A stretch of 64,000 nucleotides of DNA, from positions 1-64,000 of IMG/VR virus record IMGVR_UViG_3300013383_000014; one strand, given 5' to 3'. The notes under the pieces were generated by a model. It was not told the origin of the DNA, searched no databases, and worked only from the letters and a program-made list of their open reading frames with translations. The number at the start of each line of letters is the position of its first letter. Position 1 is the stretch's first letter. The stretch comes from a virus. Its lineage: Duplodnaviria > Caudoviricetes. A program made the translations under genes and the position numbers. Shown here one piece after another: positions 1-11,793 of the stretch.

Positions 1-378
1 CTATACTTTTAAATCTGGGTGTTCCTTGTAGTACTCCTTGAACCATTCTAAGAAAATAATATTTTTATAAAAGTGTTCAAAATACTCGTCATATTCCCAG
101 ATTGAATCTGCATTTTCATCCCAATAATCTCGGGAAAGAAAAGGTTTTAAACCTCGAATAAGCGCTGGGATATCATCTGGATCAATATCCTTTTGATATT
201 CTTCCTGTCCCATATGTAGTACAGAAAGAACTACTCTACGAAGCCCCCAACACTTTCTCCAATAAACTGGCTCAATTTCTCCAGCACCGAGATAGTTAGT
301 CATATCATTGTAATAAGGGATTTTCTTTTTATCTTCTTCAGGCATCCCTTTTATTCTAATTCCATTGTCTAGTCCCAT
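1..378 (-). CDS. hypothetical phage protein (TAG stop at 1-3)
   Basis: ORF track; codirectional with block; YWRK motif common in small phage proteins. Confidence 0.6.
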   Translation of the reverse strand: MGLDNGIRIKGMPEEDKKKIPYYNDMTNYLGAGEIEPVYWRKCWGLRRVVLSVLHMGQEEYQKDIDPDDIPALIRGLKPFLSRDYWDENADSIWEYDEYFEHFYKNIIFLEWFKEYYKEHPDLKV

Positions 379-414
379 AAGGCAACTTCTCCTTTTTTTG
401 TTCTCATAGAGATT

Positions 415-759
415 TTAATTATCACTATAAAAGATAATTCCGTTATTATAAAAATTCATCCAACGATTAAAACGCTCATTTATATCATCACCAAAAATTT
501 CAGGAATTTCGTCGATATTCATCCAGATCTTATCTGGGTGTGAATCGTTTGGTTGGAGAACGTTGTTTGGTGGGACAAAACCGTCAGTTTCAGCAACAAC
601 TTCGATTGTTGTATCATCCTTATCTATTGTGTAGATCGATTTATTTTTTCTTTTACTTTTTGAGACATTGGAAATCGCATTTTTTGCATCCTCTAATGTC
701 GCGTATTGCGCAGAAAGGGGCTCATATCCTATTGTATAACGTGTTACTGTATAACTCAT
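415..759 (-). CDS. hypothetical protein
   Basis: ORF track, tight packing with neighbours. Confidence 0.55.
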   Translation of the reverse strand: MSYTVTRYTIGYEPLSAQYATLEDAKNAISNVSKSKRKNKSIYTIDKDDTTIEVVAETDGFVPPNNVLQPNDSHPDKIWMNIDEIPEIFGDDINERFNRWMNFYNNGIIFYSDN

Positions 760-760
760 T

Positions 761-1288
761 TTAACAAAAATTTAAAAATCCAAGCCATTCTGGGAGAACA
801 CTTGGATTTGGTTTATTTATCTCGTACTCTTGTTTTGGCCCATATAACTGTTTATATTCATCTACAGTCATTTGGAGTATTTTACCATCTGGTGTAGTTA
901 TGATCATATTAGTCAAAATTTGGTTTTGTATAAAAAACATTAGCGTGATTTTCTTTTGATAATTGTTCCCATTTATGTTTTTTTCGTAATGCAATTTCCA
1001 TGTTTGAATAATTATCAAAAGAGACTGGCTGTGGTTCTCCGTTTATTATTTTATATTTATAACAAACGGGTCTTTTATAAAATTCGGACGCTAAAAGCAT
1101 TATATATCGTCAACTGAAAAATATTCAATTTCTATATCTTTTCCAGTATATTGGCTTTCCCAATATCGCTTTTGTTTAAGTGCATCTTCTTTTCGAGAAA
1201 ATTCTTTAAAAAAATGTTTTATTGATCTCTGGCGTCCATTTTGGTCTTTTGGGCCCCATTGATCTAGCACAACACAATGTTTAATCAT
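761..1288 (-). other. cluster of three small hypothetical ORFs (761-~908, 909-1100, 1100-1288)
   Basis: ORF track; TAATG-type stop/start coupling. Confidence 0.45.
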
Positions 1289-1291
1289 TAT

Positions 1292-2014
1292 TTATTCGAT
1301 TTTGTTCTGTTCTAAAAATTTTTGTAATTTCGTTGCAAAATATCCAGTTTCTAACTGTCTGTTAATCAATCTGATAGTTTTTATATGAAATGTATTAAAA
1401 AGATCGTCACTTCGTTCTTTGTCTAGTGTTTTTTGTTGTTGTGTGAAATGATAGCCGCCGTCTACTTCTATATCTATATGATAATCAGGCAGATATGCGT
1501 CTAGTATATAAGAACGACTACAACAAACAATCTGTTGCGGAAAATATTTTATATTATTTTTTGCAAGAAATTCATATAAAATCTTTTCGCCAACGGTTGG
1601 GTTTTTAAGCATTTTTCTAGCTCGGGCAAGTAAAATTTGCATTCCGGTAGTGTTATATGTATAACTAGAAATTTCTTCTAGAAAGTTATCCCGAAAATAT
1701 TTCCTTTTCTTATTTAGCGCATCGTCTTTTGGTTTTACTTTTATTTGTTGTGGCAACCCAAAATTAAATGTGTACGGATCCTGTATTGCATGTACTTCCG
1801 AGTTACTTTCAAACGATGGATGGGACTCTTCGTAAGAAACTTCTGACTGTTCTTTTTCTGACTCTTTCGGAGACCAATCAATAACTTTTATCTTTTTATT
1901 TCGTTTATTTTCAATAATATATGAAATTAACAAAATAATTTCAATAATTATGAGTATTCCAGCCAGAGTCCAAAAGAAAATAGTTGTTGCCATGGAAATT
2001 ATGTTAAGAAACAT
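1292..2014 (-). CDS. DUF559/Vsr-like endonuclease with N-terminal transmembrane segment
   Basis: T.GEK.L, QQ, YILDAY, IEVDGGYH, DKERSD.L, IR motifs typical of DUF559; hydrophobic N-terminus. Confidence 0.75.
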   Translation of the reverse strand: MFLNIISMATTIFFWTLAGILIIIEIILLISYIIENKRNKKIKVIDWSPKESEKEQSEVSYEESHPSFESNSEVHAIQDPYTFNFGLPQQIKVKPKDDALNKKRKYFRDNFLEEISSYTYNTTGMQILLARARKMLKNPTVGEKILYEFLAKNNIKYFPQQIVCCSRSYILDAYLPDYHIDIEVDGGYHFTQQQKTLDKERSDDLFNTFHIKTIRLINRQLETGYFATKLQKFLEQNKIE

Positions 2015-2015
2015 T

Positions 2016-2732
2016 TTATATTACTCCCTCCATCCAATTATCAAATTCTATTTGTGTTGTGGAGTTATTTTTTGAAACAGTATTTGGGGAAAGAATATAA
2101 TATTTACCTAGTTCAAATAAAATATAACCAGATTTATAATTTTTAGAAAATTTATATGTTGTTTGCTCGTACGTTGAATTATTGTCTACTTTTAGTGTAA
2201 ATTCAATTTCTGACGTTGTGGACTTATTCCATTTATTTGGAACAAACGTTAATCCAATTTCTCCAGATTTAATCATAATAGGATCGTACGGGGTACTTCT
2301 AACTGCTACAACCTCTTTCAAATTAAAAACAACACAAAAACAACTATATTTTGCATGCAACGTGTATATAGATTGCCCTGCTATTATAGAAATTGTTTCA
2401 TTGATATAAAAAGTTGGGCTAGACGTTGTTGTATATATAGGTTCACTACTTTCATAAGTAACATCATATTCGTCAATAGGAAGTATATATTCATTTCCAA
2501 TTTTTACGGAATATGTCAACCCGGTTGTTTTAGACTTTAAGTAAACTGTTGGGTTCGTATTTAGTTGCGATTCTATTAATTCAATTATATCATTTGCTGA
2601 AAAAGCTTTAGTAACCATTGAATGGCTTTCAACCATTTCATAATTAAATGTAACTCGCTGCAAATCAATTGTTTCTTTTTTACAACATATTAAAGCTGGA
2701 ATAAGAAATAAAATAAATTTTAATTTATTCAT
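2016..2732 (-). CDS. putative lipoprotein
   Basis: MNKLKFILFLIPALIC-CKKE resembles a Bacteroidota lipoprotein signal. Confidence 0.55.
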   Translation of the reverse strand: MNKLKFILFLIPALICCKKETIDLQRVTFNYEMVESHSMVTKAFSANDIIELIESQLNTNPTVYLKSKTTGLTYSVKIGNEYILPIDEYDVTYESSEPIYTTTSSPTFYINETISIIAGQSIYTLHAKYSCFCVVFNLKEVVAVRSTPYDPIMIKSGEIGLTFVPNKWNKSTTSEIEFTLKVDNNSTYEQTTYKFSKNYKSGYILFELGKYYILSPNTVSKNNSTTQIEFDNWMEGVI

Positions 2733-3297
2733 CTTTTATCATTTTATATTTTTTATTTTCTCGGTCGATTCAAATTTTTTTGCGACCTTTTATATTTGAA
2801 GTAAGGCCAGTATGTGACGAACTTTGTTTTTTTCGAGTCACTGGATTATTTAAGTTTTCCTTGTGTGTTACCCAACGTAAGTTTGAAATTGTGTTATTTC
2901 GAGGGTTTCCGTCAATATGATCTATTTCTGTATAATTGTTTGGATTGTCTACAAAAGTTTCTGCGACTATTTTATGTAAAAATACGTTCGTTTTATTTAA
3001 CGAAACTTTATAATATCCTATTTTTGTTAAGGTTGCAGTAATAAACCGACTCTTTCTACGATAATTTCCAGAAACAGATCCAGCAAAATAAACTACTCCG
3101 TTTTTATTTATAAAATAATTTGGATAATTTTTAATAGGAAATCATTCTGATTCAACAAAAGGAACTCGGAGTTCTTTTAAAAACTCCGAGTCTGGAATGC
3201 GATGTTTTAATTCATATTTTCGTTTTGCTCGTTGCGATGGAGTTAACTCGTCGTTAGCTGCTTTCTTAGCTTTTGTTAAATTACTATTTCTTGGCAT
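2725..3297 (-). CDS. NUMOD4-HNH homing endonuclease (code 4, 190 aa)
   Basis: Hand translation: W(TGA)FPIKNYPNYFINKNG, LHKIVAETF, EIDHIDGNPRNNTISNLRWVTHKEN; missing from the ORF track. Confidence 0.85.
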
Positions 3298-3298
3298 A

Positions 3299-6200
3299 TT
3301 AGTCTGTTATATGTGAAAGTACTCGTTTCTTAGCCTCTATATATCTAGCATCGCTATAGCTACTTAGGGGTCGAAGGAACCCGATTATTCTTATCCAGTA
3401 GTCTATATTCTTGCTTTTACAAATTGGGCATTCTTCAACGGGAGCATTAACAACGTGACCGCAATCCTTGCATTCACTTATTGGAATATTAAATCCAACG
3501 TAGCTAACTCCGTTTTTTGCATCAAATTCTAGGAGTTTTAAATATTGCTCCTTACTTGGATGTGCATCTAAATGAATATGTGCGGCTTGCCCACCTGAAC
3601 AATATGAAGCAATTTCCTTTCCATGTAGACGCAACTTATCCAGAATAGAAATTTTATCATCCCATTGCTTAAAGAAATAACTACTATAGAGATTTTGATC
3701 CCCTGGAACAACATAGCCGTCGTTTTTGTCCCAATTATATAATTTCACAGCCAGGTTTTCTCCGGGGATACCCTCACTGTTCATTATACAAGGTCTTTTC
3801 TTATCGTGAATAGAATGAATCTTATTTTGCTCATCTATAGTTCCTAGGAGTAATTGTAAAAATTTCACATATTGATTATTGTAATTAACTTTTATTCCAA
3901 GAAATTCCGCTGCTTCACAATAACCAATAAAACCAATTGTACTATAAAGCTTTTTCGTATAAATATATCCGGCGTTAGAACTGGAAAACATTCCACGATC
4001 TTCTGCATCATATAACAGAGACTTAAACGCAATCTGGTACTTATAAACTCTTTCTAGTATAGTAATTAAATAGTCTTTTAAAGACTGTTGTAATTCTGAA
4101 TCTGTGTATAGCAAACTACCGATAAACGCAGGAGATGCTTTCCCAGACTTTTCTTCAAATTCTACATTACAATAAAGGCTTCTATACCAATCCTGTACTA
4201 TCCTATTGAAATTCAATGAGATAACGTTGGAAGATCCGGTCATGCACTAACCTATATATTTCTATATAGTGTGGGTCATATCTTGCGCAAAGCGCTGTGC
4301 TATTTCGGTTTTCAGACACTTCGTTTTCTAAAATGTCGCTACGTATCAATAGTAACCCTACTCCCCTGCTCATCACTTAGGGGATGACCTCCACGCACAA
4401 ATTAATAATTTAAATAAGATTTATTATGGACAATTTGACTAACAACACATTCAGCCAAATCTGGGTATCATATTTTAATTATTTCCATAATTTTATTTCC
4501 AGCTTTATATTTTGCTCTAATATCTAAAACTATTTCTTTTGATAATTTTTCTCGCTTCTTTTTACATTTTGAACTACGTTGCGGCATCGGCACGTTTGTA
4601 AAAGTTGTTCCAAATATAATTTTTCTAAAGCCGCTCAGGGAGTATAAATCTTTAAAATCTTTATATATCTCTTTTGTTGTCATTCCTTGAACCCAGTATT
4701 TATTTCTAATTTCAACAACTTGTTCGTCAGTTATCTTGGAAAGAAAATGTTTATCCCCAGTCATCATTCGTTTATCAGTTTTATAAAACTGTGTTAATTC
4801 TGGAGTGTTTAATTCAGGAGCAACGTCAGGGCGACTTTCGTATGTTCAAATTTTATCAAATCCACTATAAGACATTTCGTCTTTATAAAACTCGTAGACT
4901 TGCTGCATTGTATATTCTTTTGAAGCTCGAATTTGTCTAATTTTTAATATTTCTGTATTTGGAAGAATTGCATTTGGGCTATCTTCTCCTTTTGGTTGAA
5001 ACCCAGAGTCTCCACCAAGTGTAGAGTTGTACCCGTCATAATAAGAGTTATATTTTTCGATATAATATATTTCTCTTTTATTGGCTTCTTCAACTGTTAG
5101 TATTCCATCTTCAATTACAGAAAAATTTTCAATTGTAGTTTTATATTTTCGCATTGCACGATATATTTTTGTGTCACATCTCATTACAGATGCTTCTCAT
5201 AAATGTTCGCGCCATCTTTTTTTAGTATTATATGTTTGTCCAATATAACACTTTCCACTAGGAAAATCAATTTTGTAAATTTTATAAATTTTGTCCATAA
5301 TAAAAAATATTAATTATTAATCTTTGGCTCGGTATTACCATGCACATATTTTGTGTTTAGGTTTCACCGATGCTACAAAGGTACAAAAAATATTTTTTAT
5401 TCCAAAATATTTTTACCAAGTAACATTATTTGATAAAATAATTAAGCACATAAGGACCATTTCTTGATCCCAGTTAAACCTGTAGTAGAACTAAACGTAT
5501 TATCTGAAATTTCATTTCTTACCCGGCAACAACTGGAAATACTTGATGCACAGTCACTTAGATATACAAAAAAGCTACTGCCTTTAGAAAGCTCCGTAGC
5601 ACACAATTCTTTGTATTCCTTGTCAACAATGTCATTTTCATCGGTAAGCAAACACATTGTTGTAACCGGAAAAGTAAGTGGTTTTATAAGACGCAGTTCT
5701 CTATGCAATTCAAGAAAAATTCGTTGCAAAAGATCAATTGCTTTTCATTCCGGTTTTGTTCCGTCAGGATAATAAAATCCATCAAAAATAGCCGTAAAGT
5801 ATTGACTATCAAATAGATTGAGATTACTGAAGGGTGAATTGTAGGATCTGTTACCCGCTGGCTGCGAGACCCCATATATAAACTGTTTCATGCCCTTTCG
5901 TATAGCGTCTTTCACTGTACGTTGTTTTTCGCAAACTTTTGTTGTTATAACATCATCAAGGTGCTCGTACCACTTTTCACCAAACTCAGCGACTACATAA
6001 TAGTTAAGAGCAACGAAATAATCACCCAACGCTACTGCGCCACGTACCTGCGAAGAAAGTAAGAAAACGAGATTCGTTACTTGCCCACTAAAAGATTGAA
6101 TATCATTTGGAGCACATGGGGTAACCCCATCAATATTTCCAGTTCCTTCTAGCATCATTGGGTACAAACTAGCAGCCATACAATAATTTTTCACCGCAGG

Positions 6201-6752
6201 AGACGATGCCTCGTCGTGAGCATATATAATGTGTGATTTTAGGTCCTTTTCATACTGGTCAGCAACTTCTGGGAAAAGTTCATTAAGCCTCTTTTTCATT
6301 CTTGTCCTTTGCACAAGCCTATTTTGAACTTTATAAACCTCACCCTCCATATTTGCAACGTTTTTCATTGAAACGTTTGCATTCGCATCTGTTTCAGAGG
6401 AGGATGCTGCGTTGGCAGTTGAGTTGCTGTACTCATCCATATAATCAAGGCGACTCTGGATAAAACGCGCTTCCCTATGCTTCTCTCTATACAAAATATA
6501 ACATCTAGCAACATCACATTCTCCAAAATTCATTATTACATCTTCAACGAGATTTTGGATACTTTCTACATCTATGGGTTGTTCTCCCTCATAGGCATTA
6601 AATCAACATCTTACGTGATCTACTACTTTGTTGCAATTATCTCTATCTTTTACCCGAACTGTTGGGTCTGCAAAAGCATTTCTAATTGCCTTCTCGATCT
6701 TTCCAAAATTAAAATCTGTTACTTGTCCACTTCGCTTTTTAACTGTTAGCAT
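3299..6752 (-). CDS. nrdD: anaerobic (class III) ribonucleoside-triphosphate reductase; exons 6752-5467 and 4244-3299, ~743 aa after splicing
   Basis: ATP cone (VKKRSG..FNFGKI), YAHD, SSCCR finger loop, CxxC..CxxC, RIIGFL glycyl-radical motif; two TGA-Trp in exon 1; spliced junction TGLTGI-MTGS stays in frame. Confidence 0.95.
4402..5298 (-). CDS. intron-encoded GIY-YIG homing endonuclease (code 4, 298 aa)
   Basis: KIYKIDFPSGKCYIGQT..RW.EH, REIYYI..YNS..GYN..GG; three TGA-Trp join the track fragments. Confidence 0.9.
5376..5383 (-). promoter_or_regulatory. Bacteroidota-type -7 promoter box (TACCTTTG) inside the nrdD intron, upstream of the endonuclease
   Basis: Matches TAnnTTTG with TTTG about 20 nt upstream. 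Confidence 0.55.
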
Positions 6753-7492
6753 AATTGAAATAAGTTATTAATTAACATTGTCTTTTCAAACCGATTCACA
6801 AAATCTTTTGTTCCAGTTATTTGGGCGCATATTGCATCATAAAAATTAAACATGGAACATTCCTCGTTTTCAGATATATAATAAGGTGACCCACTATCGT
6901 TATATATTGATTCATAGGCCTTTATAATATCATTGCTCGAAAGCTTTATTTTCCCATTTAGAGTTTTACTTTCATAAACAAGGACTTTATCAATCAGTTC
7001 TCCAAGAAATTTCTGTTTTTTATCTGTTGGTAAAAACGACGATTTTAATTTTCGCATATTTGCTTCAAGATCATTTACTGCTCCAAACAACTCTTTGATA
7101 TCATATTCGAGTTTTTCATTTGGTTTTAACTCTTTAGCTATCAATCAGTTATTTGTAAAAGTATATAGATTCTTTGAAACAGGATTCATATAGGCTCGAA
7201 ACACTTTATAAACAGGAACACGCGTATCTAGTGCATAAACGAGATTGTAAGTTTCTTTATATTCAGATTCACCTGGTACAATGGCTTGTACTCAAACTCT
7301 GTTATATGCCAGATCTTTTCCAGACCCAGTAATTGTCATTTGATCAGGAGTCTGTACATTAACAATAAACTTGTTTGTGTACTTTTTCAGTTCAGTTATA
7401 AAAGGTTCTGTATATTCTTTTGTTTCAAGAAATTCGTTGTTTTTAATTATTGTTGGTTTCCCCGCACTTAGCCCTTCTAATGTAATTTCCAT
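6746..7492 (-). CDS. conserved hypothetical protein (code 4, 248 aa)
   Basis: Track fragments 7292-7492 and 6746-7144 are in frame through two TGA. Confidence 0.75.
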
Positions 7493-7806
7493 TAATAATT
7501 CGCAACATTTTGTATAATATTAATATCGGGGTTCTTTTTATTAATTCAGAACTGTTCTCTTTCAACGACTCTATCAAGATCTGGATATTCTATAACAAAA
7601 AAACTAGCAACTCCGATTTCATTAAATCAAGTTTGCATGTTTCTGTTATAATGTTTGTTCAACTTCAAAAGTCGTATATGCTCTGTTATTCTGGCTTTTG
7701 CATTTCTTTTTGTCGAGCCAATATAAATATGTTCCCCAATGTGGATCTCGTAAATAGCTGGAAAAGTCCGATCATATAAATCGGACTCTCACAAAATTTC
7801 TATCAT
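7492..7806 (-). CDS. stand-alone GIY-YIG nuclease (code 4, 104 aa)
   Basis: AIYEIHIGEHIYIGST..R..EH..L..NKHYN..MQ, REQFW(TGA)I....P..N; three TGA. Confidence 0.8.
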
Positions 7807-7816
7807 ATTTTGGTCA

Positions 7817-7852
7817 AAAAAGCAGGATTGGAGTTAACCAACCCTGCTTTCT
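7817..7852 (-). terminator. intrinsic terminator
   Basis: AAAGCAGG...CCTGCTTT hairpin with T-tract. Confidence 0.6.
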
Positions 7853-7855
7853 ATT

Positions 7856-8368
7856 TTAGTTTCCAAATACAATATACTTTCCAAGCTGTGTACCTTTCGA
7901 CGGCGTGTAATCGATAGTAAATACTCTAGCGTGTGCTTCATCTACTCGATATACCTGCTCGCAGTACATATTCTCCTTAACGTCTTTCATAGCAGCCTTA
8001 GCCTTACGAGATGCTTCACCCTTCGTTTCAGCAGTTGCTACAAGCTTTCCAGATTCTGTGTGTATCTCAAATACACGCTTCTTAGTGAGCTGGCCCTCTG
8101 TTACAACATTATTAAATGTGTACGGTCTTTCCTTAGTGTCGGCAGAACCCTTAACCTTAACAACGATATATGCCGTACCAGTAGTTTCAGTCATTTTATC
8201 CTTCTCGAACTGCTCGTTTGCAAAAGCTTCTATATCTTCTGGAGAATCAGCATTAACATATCTACGAGTAACATCTTTTACAACTGTGAGACCCTGCTCA
8301 GCAGCTTTTTCTCTAGCCTCATCAAGGCTAAATGCTTCAATTTCAACAATTTTCATAATCATTAACAT
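7856..8368 (-). CDS. conserved hypothetical protein
   Basis: ORF track; own promoter TATATTTG at 8395-8402 and a terminator. Confidence 0.7.
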   Translation of the reverse strand: MLMIMKIVEIEAFSLDEAREKAAEQGLTVVKDVTRRYVNADSPEDIEAFANEQFEKDKMTETTGTAYIVVKVKGSADTKERPYTFNNVVTEGQLTKKRVFEIHTESGKLVATAETKGEASRKAKAAMKDVKENMYCEQVYRVDEAHARVFTIDYTPSKGTQLGKYIVFGN

Positions 8369-8428
8369 TAATTAGTTATCTGTTTTTACCTACACAAATA
8401 TACTAAAAATCTAGGTAAAAACAAAATT

Positions 8429-9466
8429 TTATACAAATTTTACTTCTTCTTCCCAGCCAAACATCTGGTAATATGCAATCATCTTAAAAAGCTTTTGGTA
8501 CTCTTCTACACCCTTTTTATAATAAGTGTTATTCATTGGGCAACACTTGCTATTATAAGGAGGATTGTTTCTAACTACTAGAAAATTCATTTCCTTAGTC
8601 CAATCATTTTCGTTATACCCATATTCATGCATACAATAGAGCTTCAGAACATCTCCGTAGAGAGCTCCCTGGCGATAATAATTAAACGTTTCTAAATGTC
8701 CGCTCTTGGTAGCAAAATACTCTGGGTTATCACGAGCCGTTTTCAGATCATTCAGAGCGAGATGTTTGTTTTCTTTATCGATTGTCCAATTATCGATTTT
8801 CATTTTATATTTCAGAGTAGTGGCTTGGTTTTTATAAACTACCCAAAAATCAATAAACATAGCATCTTCGTTATGTGATTCGATTGGATCTCCAAAAATA
8901 TCAGTAGGATGCAATTTTTGCATTATCTCTTTATTGTCTTGTAGAGATTTAATTGCACTATTTGCGGATTCCCAATCAGCATCACTTAAAATTGTGCCAT
9001 TGCCTTTATATGCTTTGCGTGCAAAATAATATTTTAAGCCTTTCTTTATAATATCACGGATTCTAAAATCATTTATTGCATTTGCATAATAATCAGCATT
9101 TTTCATTGCTTGCTTGATTGCATTGTATCCTCCAATTCCAGATTGTCGTAGCTTTATAATTTCGTCTACACAATTCCCCAATTTTGCACTAGGTCGCCCT
9201 AATTTTGGAGCCATTTCATAATACTCATTTTGGAGCATTTGTTCGTGGACTACACTACCCATTGATAATGAGGAACTTACGAATTTAGGAGGATTTTTAT
9301 ATTTACTTGGAGAGCCTCCTTCATCGGGATTTATTAACTTCAGACGAGAGTTACTTACACAGTCTTTATATTTATCAGAGAAATACTCTTCATCCGTCAT
9401 ATCAATCCTTTTTAGGGAGTTTAGATCGGGCAAGATTTTAAAATCATCTAGTTTAATTTCTTTCAT
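8429..9466 (-). CDS. PD-(D/E)XK exonuclease (RecE/ExoVIII-like)
   Basis: SNSRL, GSVVH, KMKIDN...NDLKT, YYRQGALY. Confidence 0.8.
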   Translation of the reverse strand: MKEIKLDDFKILPDLNSLKRIDMTDEEYFSDKYKDCVSNSRLKLINPDEGGSPSKYKNPPKFVSSSLSMGSVVHEQMLQNEYYEMAPKLGRPSAKLGNCVDEIIKLRQSGIGGYNAIKQAMKNADYYANAINDFRIRDIIKKGLKYYFARKAYKGNGTILSDADWESANSAIKSLQDNKEIMQKLHPTDIFGDPIESHNEDAMFIDFWVVYKNQATTLKYKMKIDNWTIDKENKHLALNDLKTARDNPEYFATKSGHLETFNYYRQGALYGDVLKLYCMHEYGYNENDWTKEMNFLVVRNNPPYNSKCCPMNNTYYKKGVEEYQKLFKMIAYYQMFGWEEEVKFV

Positions 9467-10221
9467 TAGAACTTCAGATCAAGATTTGTTATTCGGCGAT
9501 GTTCTGGTACTTTGAACCATTTGTTATGCGGAGAGTCCATTAGATAACAAAAGATGCCATTATTAATAGCATCTTTGTAATTATCTGGTTTATCGTCGAT
9601 TAACACAGACACATTATGCTCCTTCATAACAGCAATTTTACTTTCATTCCAAGGTACACAATATACTGGAGCACAAGGTAGCCCTCTTTTTTGAAGATTC
9701 TCCTTTGTCCATTCTACTGGAATAGATCGAGATGTTATATACATTGCCGGTTCAAACGTTGGCATATTCAATACAGGCAGGTTTGTCCAAAACTCTTTAT
9801 CGTCCTTTATTTTATCAAGGTCTTTAAGTAGTTCATAAGAACCATCCCAATAATCGTTAAGTTTTCCAAAACGTTTTTCGTACTCCCCTTTAAAATCGAG
9901 TACAACATCATCTATATCAAGAGCGATGATTGGCCTGTCAACTATTCCTACTACTCGATCATCACCGTGTGGAAATATTTTATAATATTCAGCCAAGATA
10001 AGGGCGGACTCTGCAACGTAGGCAATATTCAAAAGTCCATTTTCATCGAAATCATTTCCTTTTTCAAACTCTATAAGATGCTTTTTAAGAGAGGAAAGTA
10101 TTTTGGACCACGAAATGCCGTATTTCCATTCATTTATTTCGTGTTTATTTAGCCTGTGTTGGAGGACTTTTTCCACGGACTCTATTCCGTGAGGTGGGAT
10201 AAGATCATATCTTTCGCACAT
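9466..10221 (-). CDS. DUF5664-like (dATP/dGTP diphosphohydrolase-related) domain fused to HAD 5'(3')-deoxyribonucleotidase
   Basis: RYDLIP..WKYGISWS..SL.KHL..F..G.DFDE.GL; IALDIDDV, ITSR, LIDDK. Confidence 0.7.
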   Translation of the reverse strand: MCERYDLIPPHGIESVEKVLQHRLNKHEINEWKYGISWSKILSSLKKHLIEFEKGNDFDENGLLNIAYVAESALILAEYYKIFPHGDDRVVGIVDRPIIALDIDDVVLDFKGEYEKRFGKLNDYWDGSYELLKDLDKIKDDKEFWTNLPVLNMPTFEPAMYITSRSIPVEWTKENLQKRGLPCAPVYCVPWNESKIAVMKEHNVSVLIDDKPDNYKDAINNGIFCYLMDSPHNKWFKVPEHRRITNLDLKF

Positions 10222-10418
10222 TATTCTGGCTTTTTGTTAGTTAGTGTCATCAGGAGAGATGACGCCAAAAAACCTATAAAATCGAGTTTTTCATCAGACT
10301 CTTTCTTGAGATCGGATTTATATTCGAGTGTCTCTGCTTCTCTATCATAATTAAAAGTCAGAGTGATTTCTGTTCCTTCAGAGTCTGGATTAGTGAATTT
10401 AACTATTGCTGTTTCCAT
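10221..10418 (-). CDS. hypothetical protein
   Basis: ORF track, coupled to neighbours. Confidence 0.55.
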   Translation of the reverse strand: METAIVKFTNPDSEGTEITLTFNYDREAETLEYKSDLKKESDEKLDFIGFLASSLLMTLTNKKPE

Positions 10419-10782
10419 CTGCGTATGGTTTTATTAATTTATAAAATAAGGATTTTGGAACTATGACAACTTCTCCAACCGAAACTATATTTGCTTCTCT
10501 AGGCTCTTGTTTGTTTCATATAATTACAAACTCGTCTGGATTCACAGTAGTTTCGGAGCGTATCTTAAAATATTGTGGAGTTTGTTGTGTTGCCTTTAAT
10601 TGGATTTTACATGGCAGATTACCTTTGTTATCGTGTATATCAACTTTGTTATTATCTTCTGCCTTTGAGTTATTTCGAGTAGTTCCAACATCAAAACCCA
10701 ATTCTTTGAGTTCCTTTACTATTTTACGCTCGTAGGCATTTCCTTTGTTTCGGGAATAACCTGCGCTTCGTTTTCTTCCCAT
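10399..10782 (-). CDS. Holliday junction resolvase (PD-(D/E)XK, Hjc-like; code 4)
   Basis: SRNKGNAYERKIV.EL, VDI, IQLK; extends through TGA at 10516. Confidence 0.8.
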
Positions 10783-11780
10783 TTATTTATATTTAACTCG
10801 GTTTTTAGCAATTTTATTGCAGCTTCTTTGCCATATTTTTTATAAAAATCACTAAAATCTTTTGCTTCGTATTTTTCTGGGATATAAAAATATTCCAATT
10901 CTGGGTGTTTTTCTTTTATTCTAGCTAGTGCGTTCTTTCCTGGATCGTCATTATCATATCACACTATTATTCGCTTGAATTTGCTTTTAACTTTATCTAG
11001 TTGTGAGTCACTTAAAAACAGATTTTCACTATTTGGTGCAATTGCAATAATGCCTAGTTCATATAAACACATGACGTCTTTCATTGATTTTTGGATAATC
11101 AACAGATCTCCGCCATCTTTCGGCAATTGTTTTGCACCTTGTAGTTGATTTGCTTTTCAGTTTGTTAAAAAGCGCATCGTAGTTCTATCTGGTCAATATA
11201 ATCGCCATTGTTCAATTCCTTCTTTTATGCCTCCGTAGTATCCGAAAATCTTTTGTTTTGGACTTTCGTAGTGAAATATATTCCCGTTAAGCCATATATT
11301 TTTACAAGAAAACACACCGAATTTCTTCAGTGTGCTTTCTTGTATTCCATATTTGGCCCATCAATTAAGTTCGTAGGATTGAAATGGGCGTATTTCAACC
11401 TGTATAACAGAGGTTTGTTTTTCATCTAGTTTGTTTCCTGTATATTTCAGCTTTGGTTCATTCACAACCAATTTATCATCATGTATGATTCCAAAATCAT
11501 TTGCTATAATATGCAGTGCTTGTGAAAAGTTGCAGGAAAACTTTTCCATAACAACCTTGAAACAATCTCCGGAAAAACAACCAGAAAAATCGTGAAATAT
11601 AACTAGTCCCGTTTTTGTTTTAAAAAAACTAGCAGTTGGTCTTCTGTCGTTTCGCAACGGATTTTTGAAAAGACCTTTTTTAACTGGTATTCCCAGATAA
11701 TATTCTAGTATTTGCTCTTGTGGAAATCTACTCAATATAAGCTCCTTGGTAATCCTAACGGGCTCTATTGTTATCTCCAT
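10719..11780 (-). CDS. DNA primase (TOPRIM; code 4, 353 aa)
   Basis: NPLRND..P.ASF, HDF...GDCF, IIQKSMKDVMCL, W(TGA)YDND..G, AKDFSD; four TGA-Trp. Confidence 0.9.
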
Positions 11781-11793
11781 GAGTATCAATTAC

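Larger units (their letters stand above)
4245..5466 (-). mobile_element. group I intron in nrdD (1222 nt)
   Basis: 5' exon ends in U; P1 GGGAU/GUCCU with U.G at the splice site; terminal G; P10 AUG/CAU; P7 GGUCAU/AUGACC (CGUGGAGGUCAU ... AAGAUAUGACC). Confidence 0.9.
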
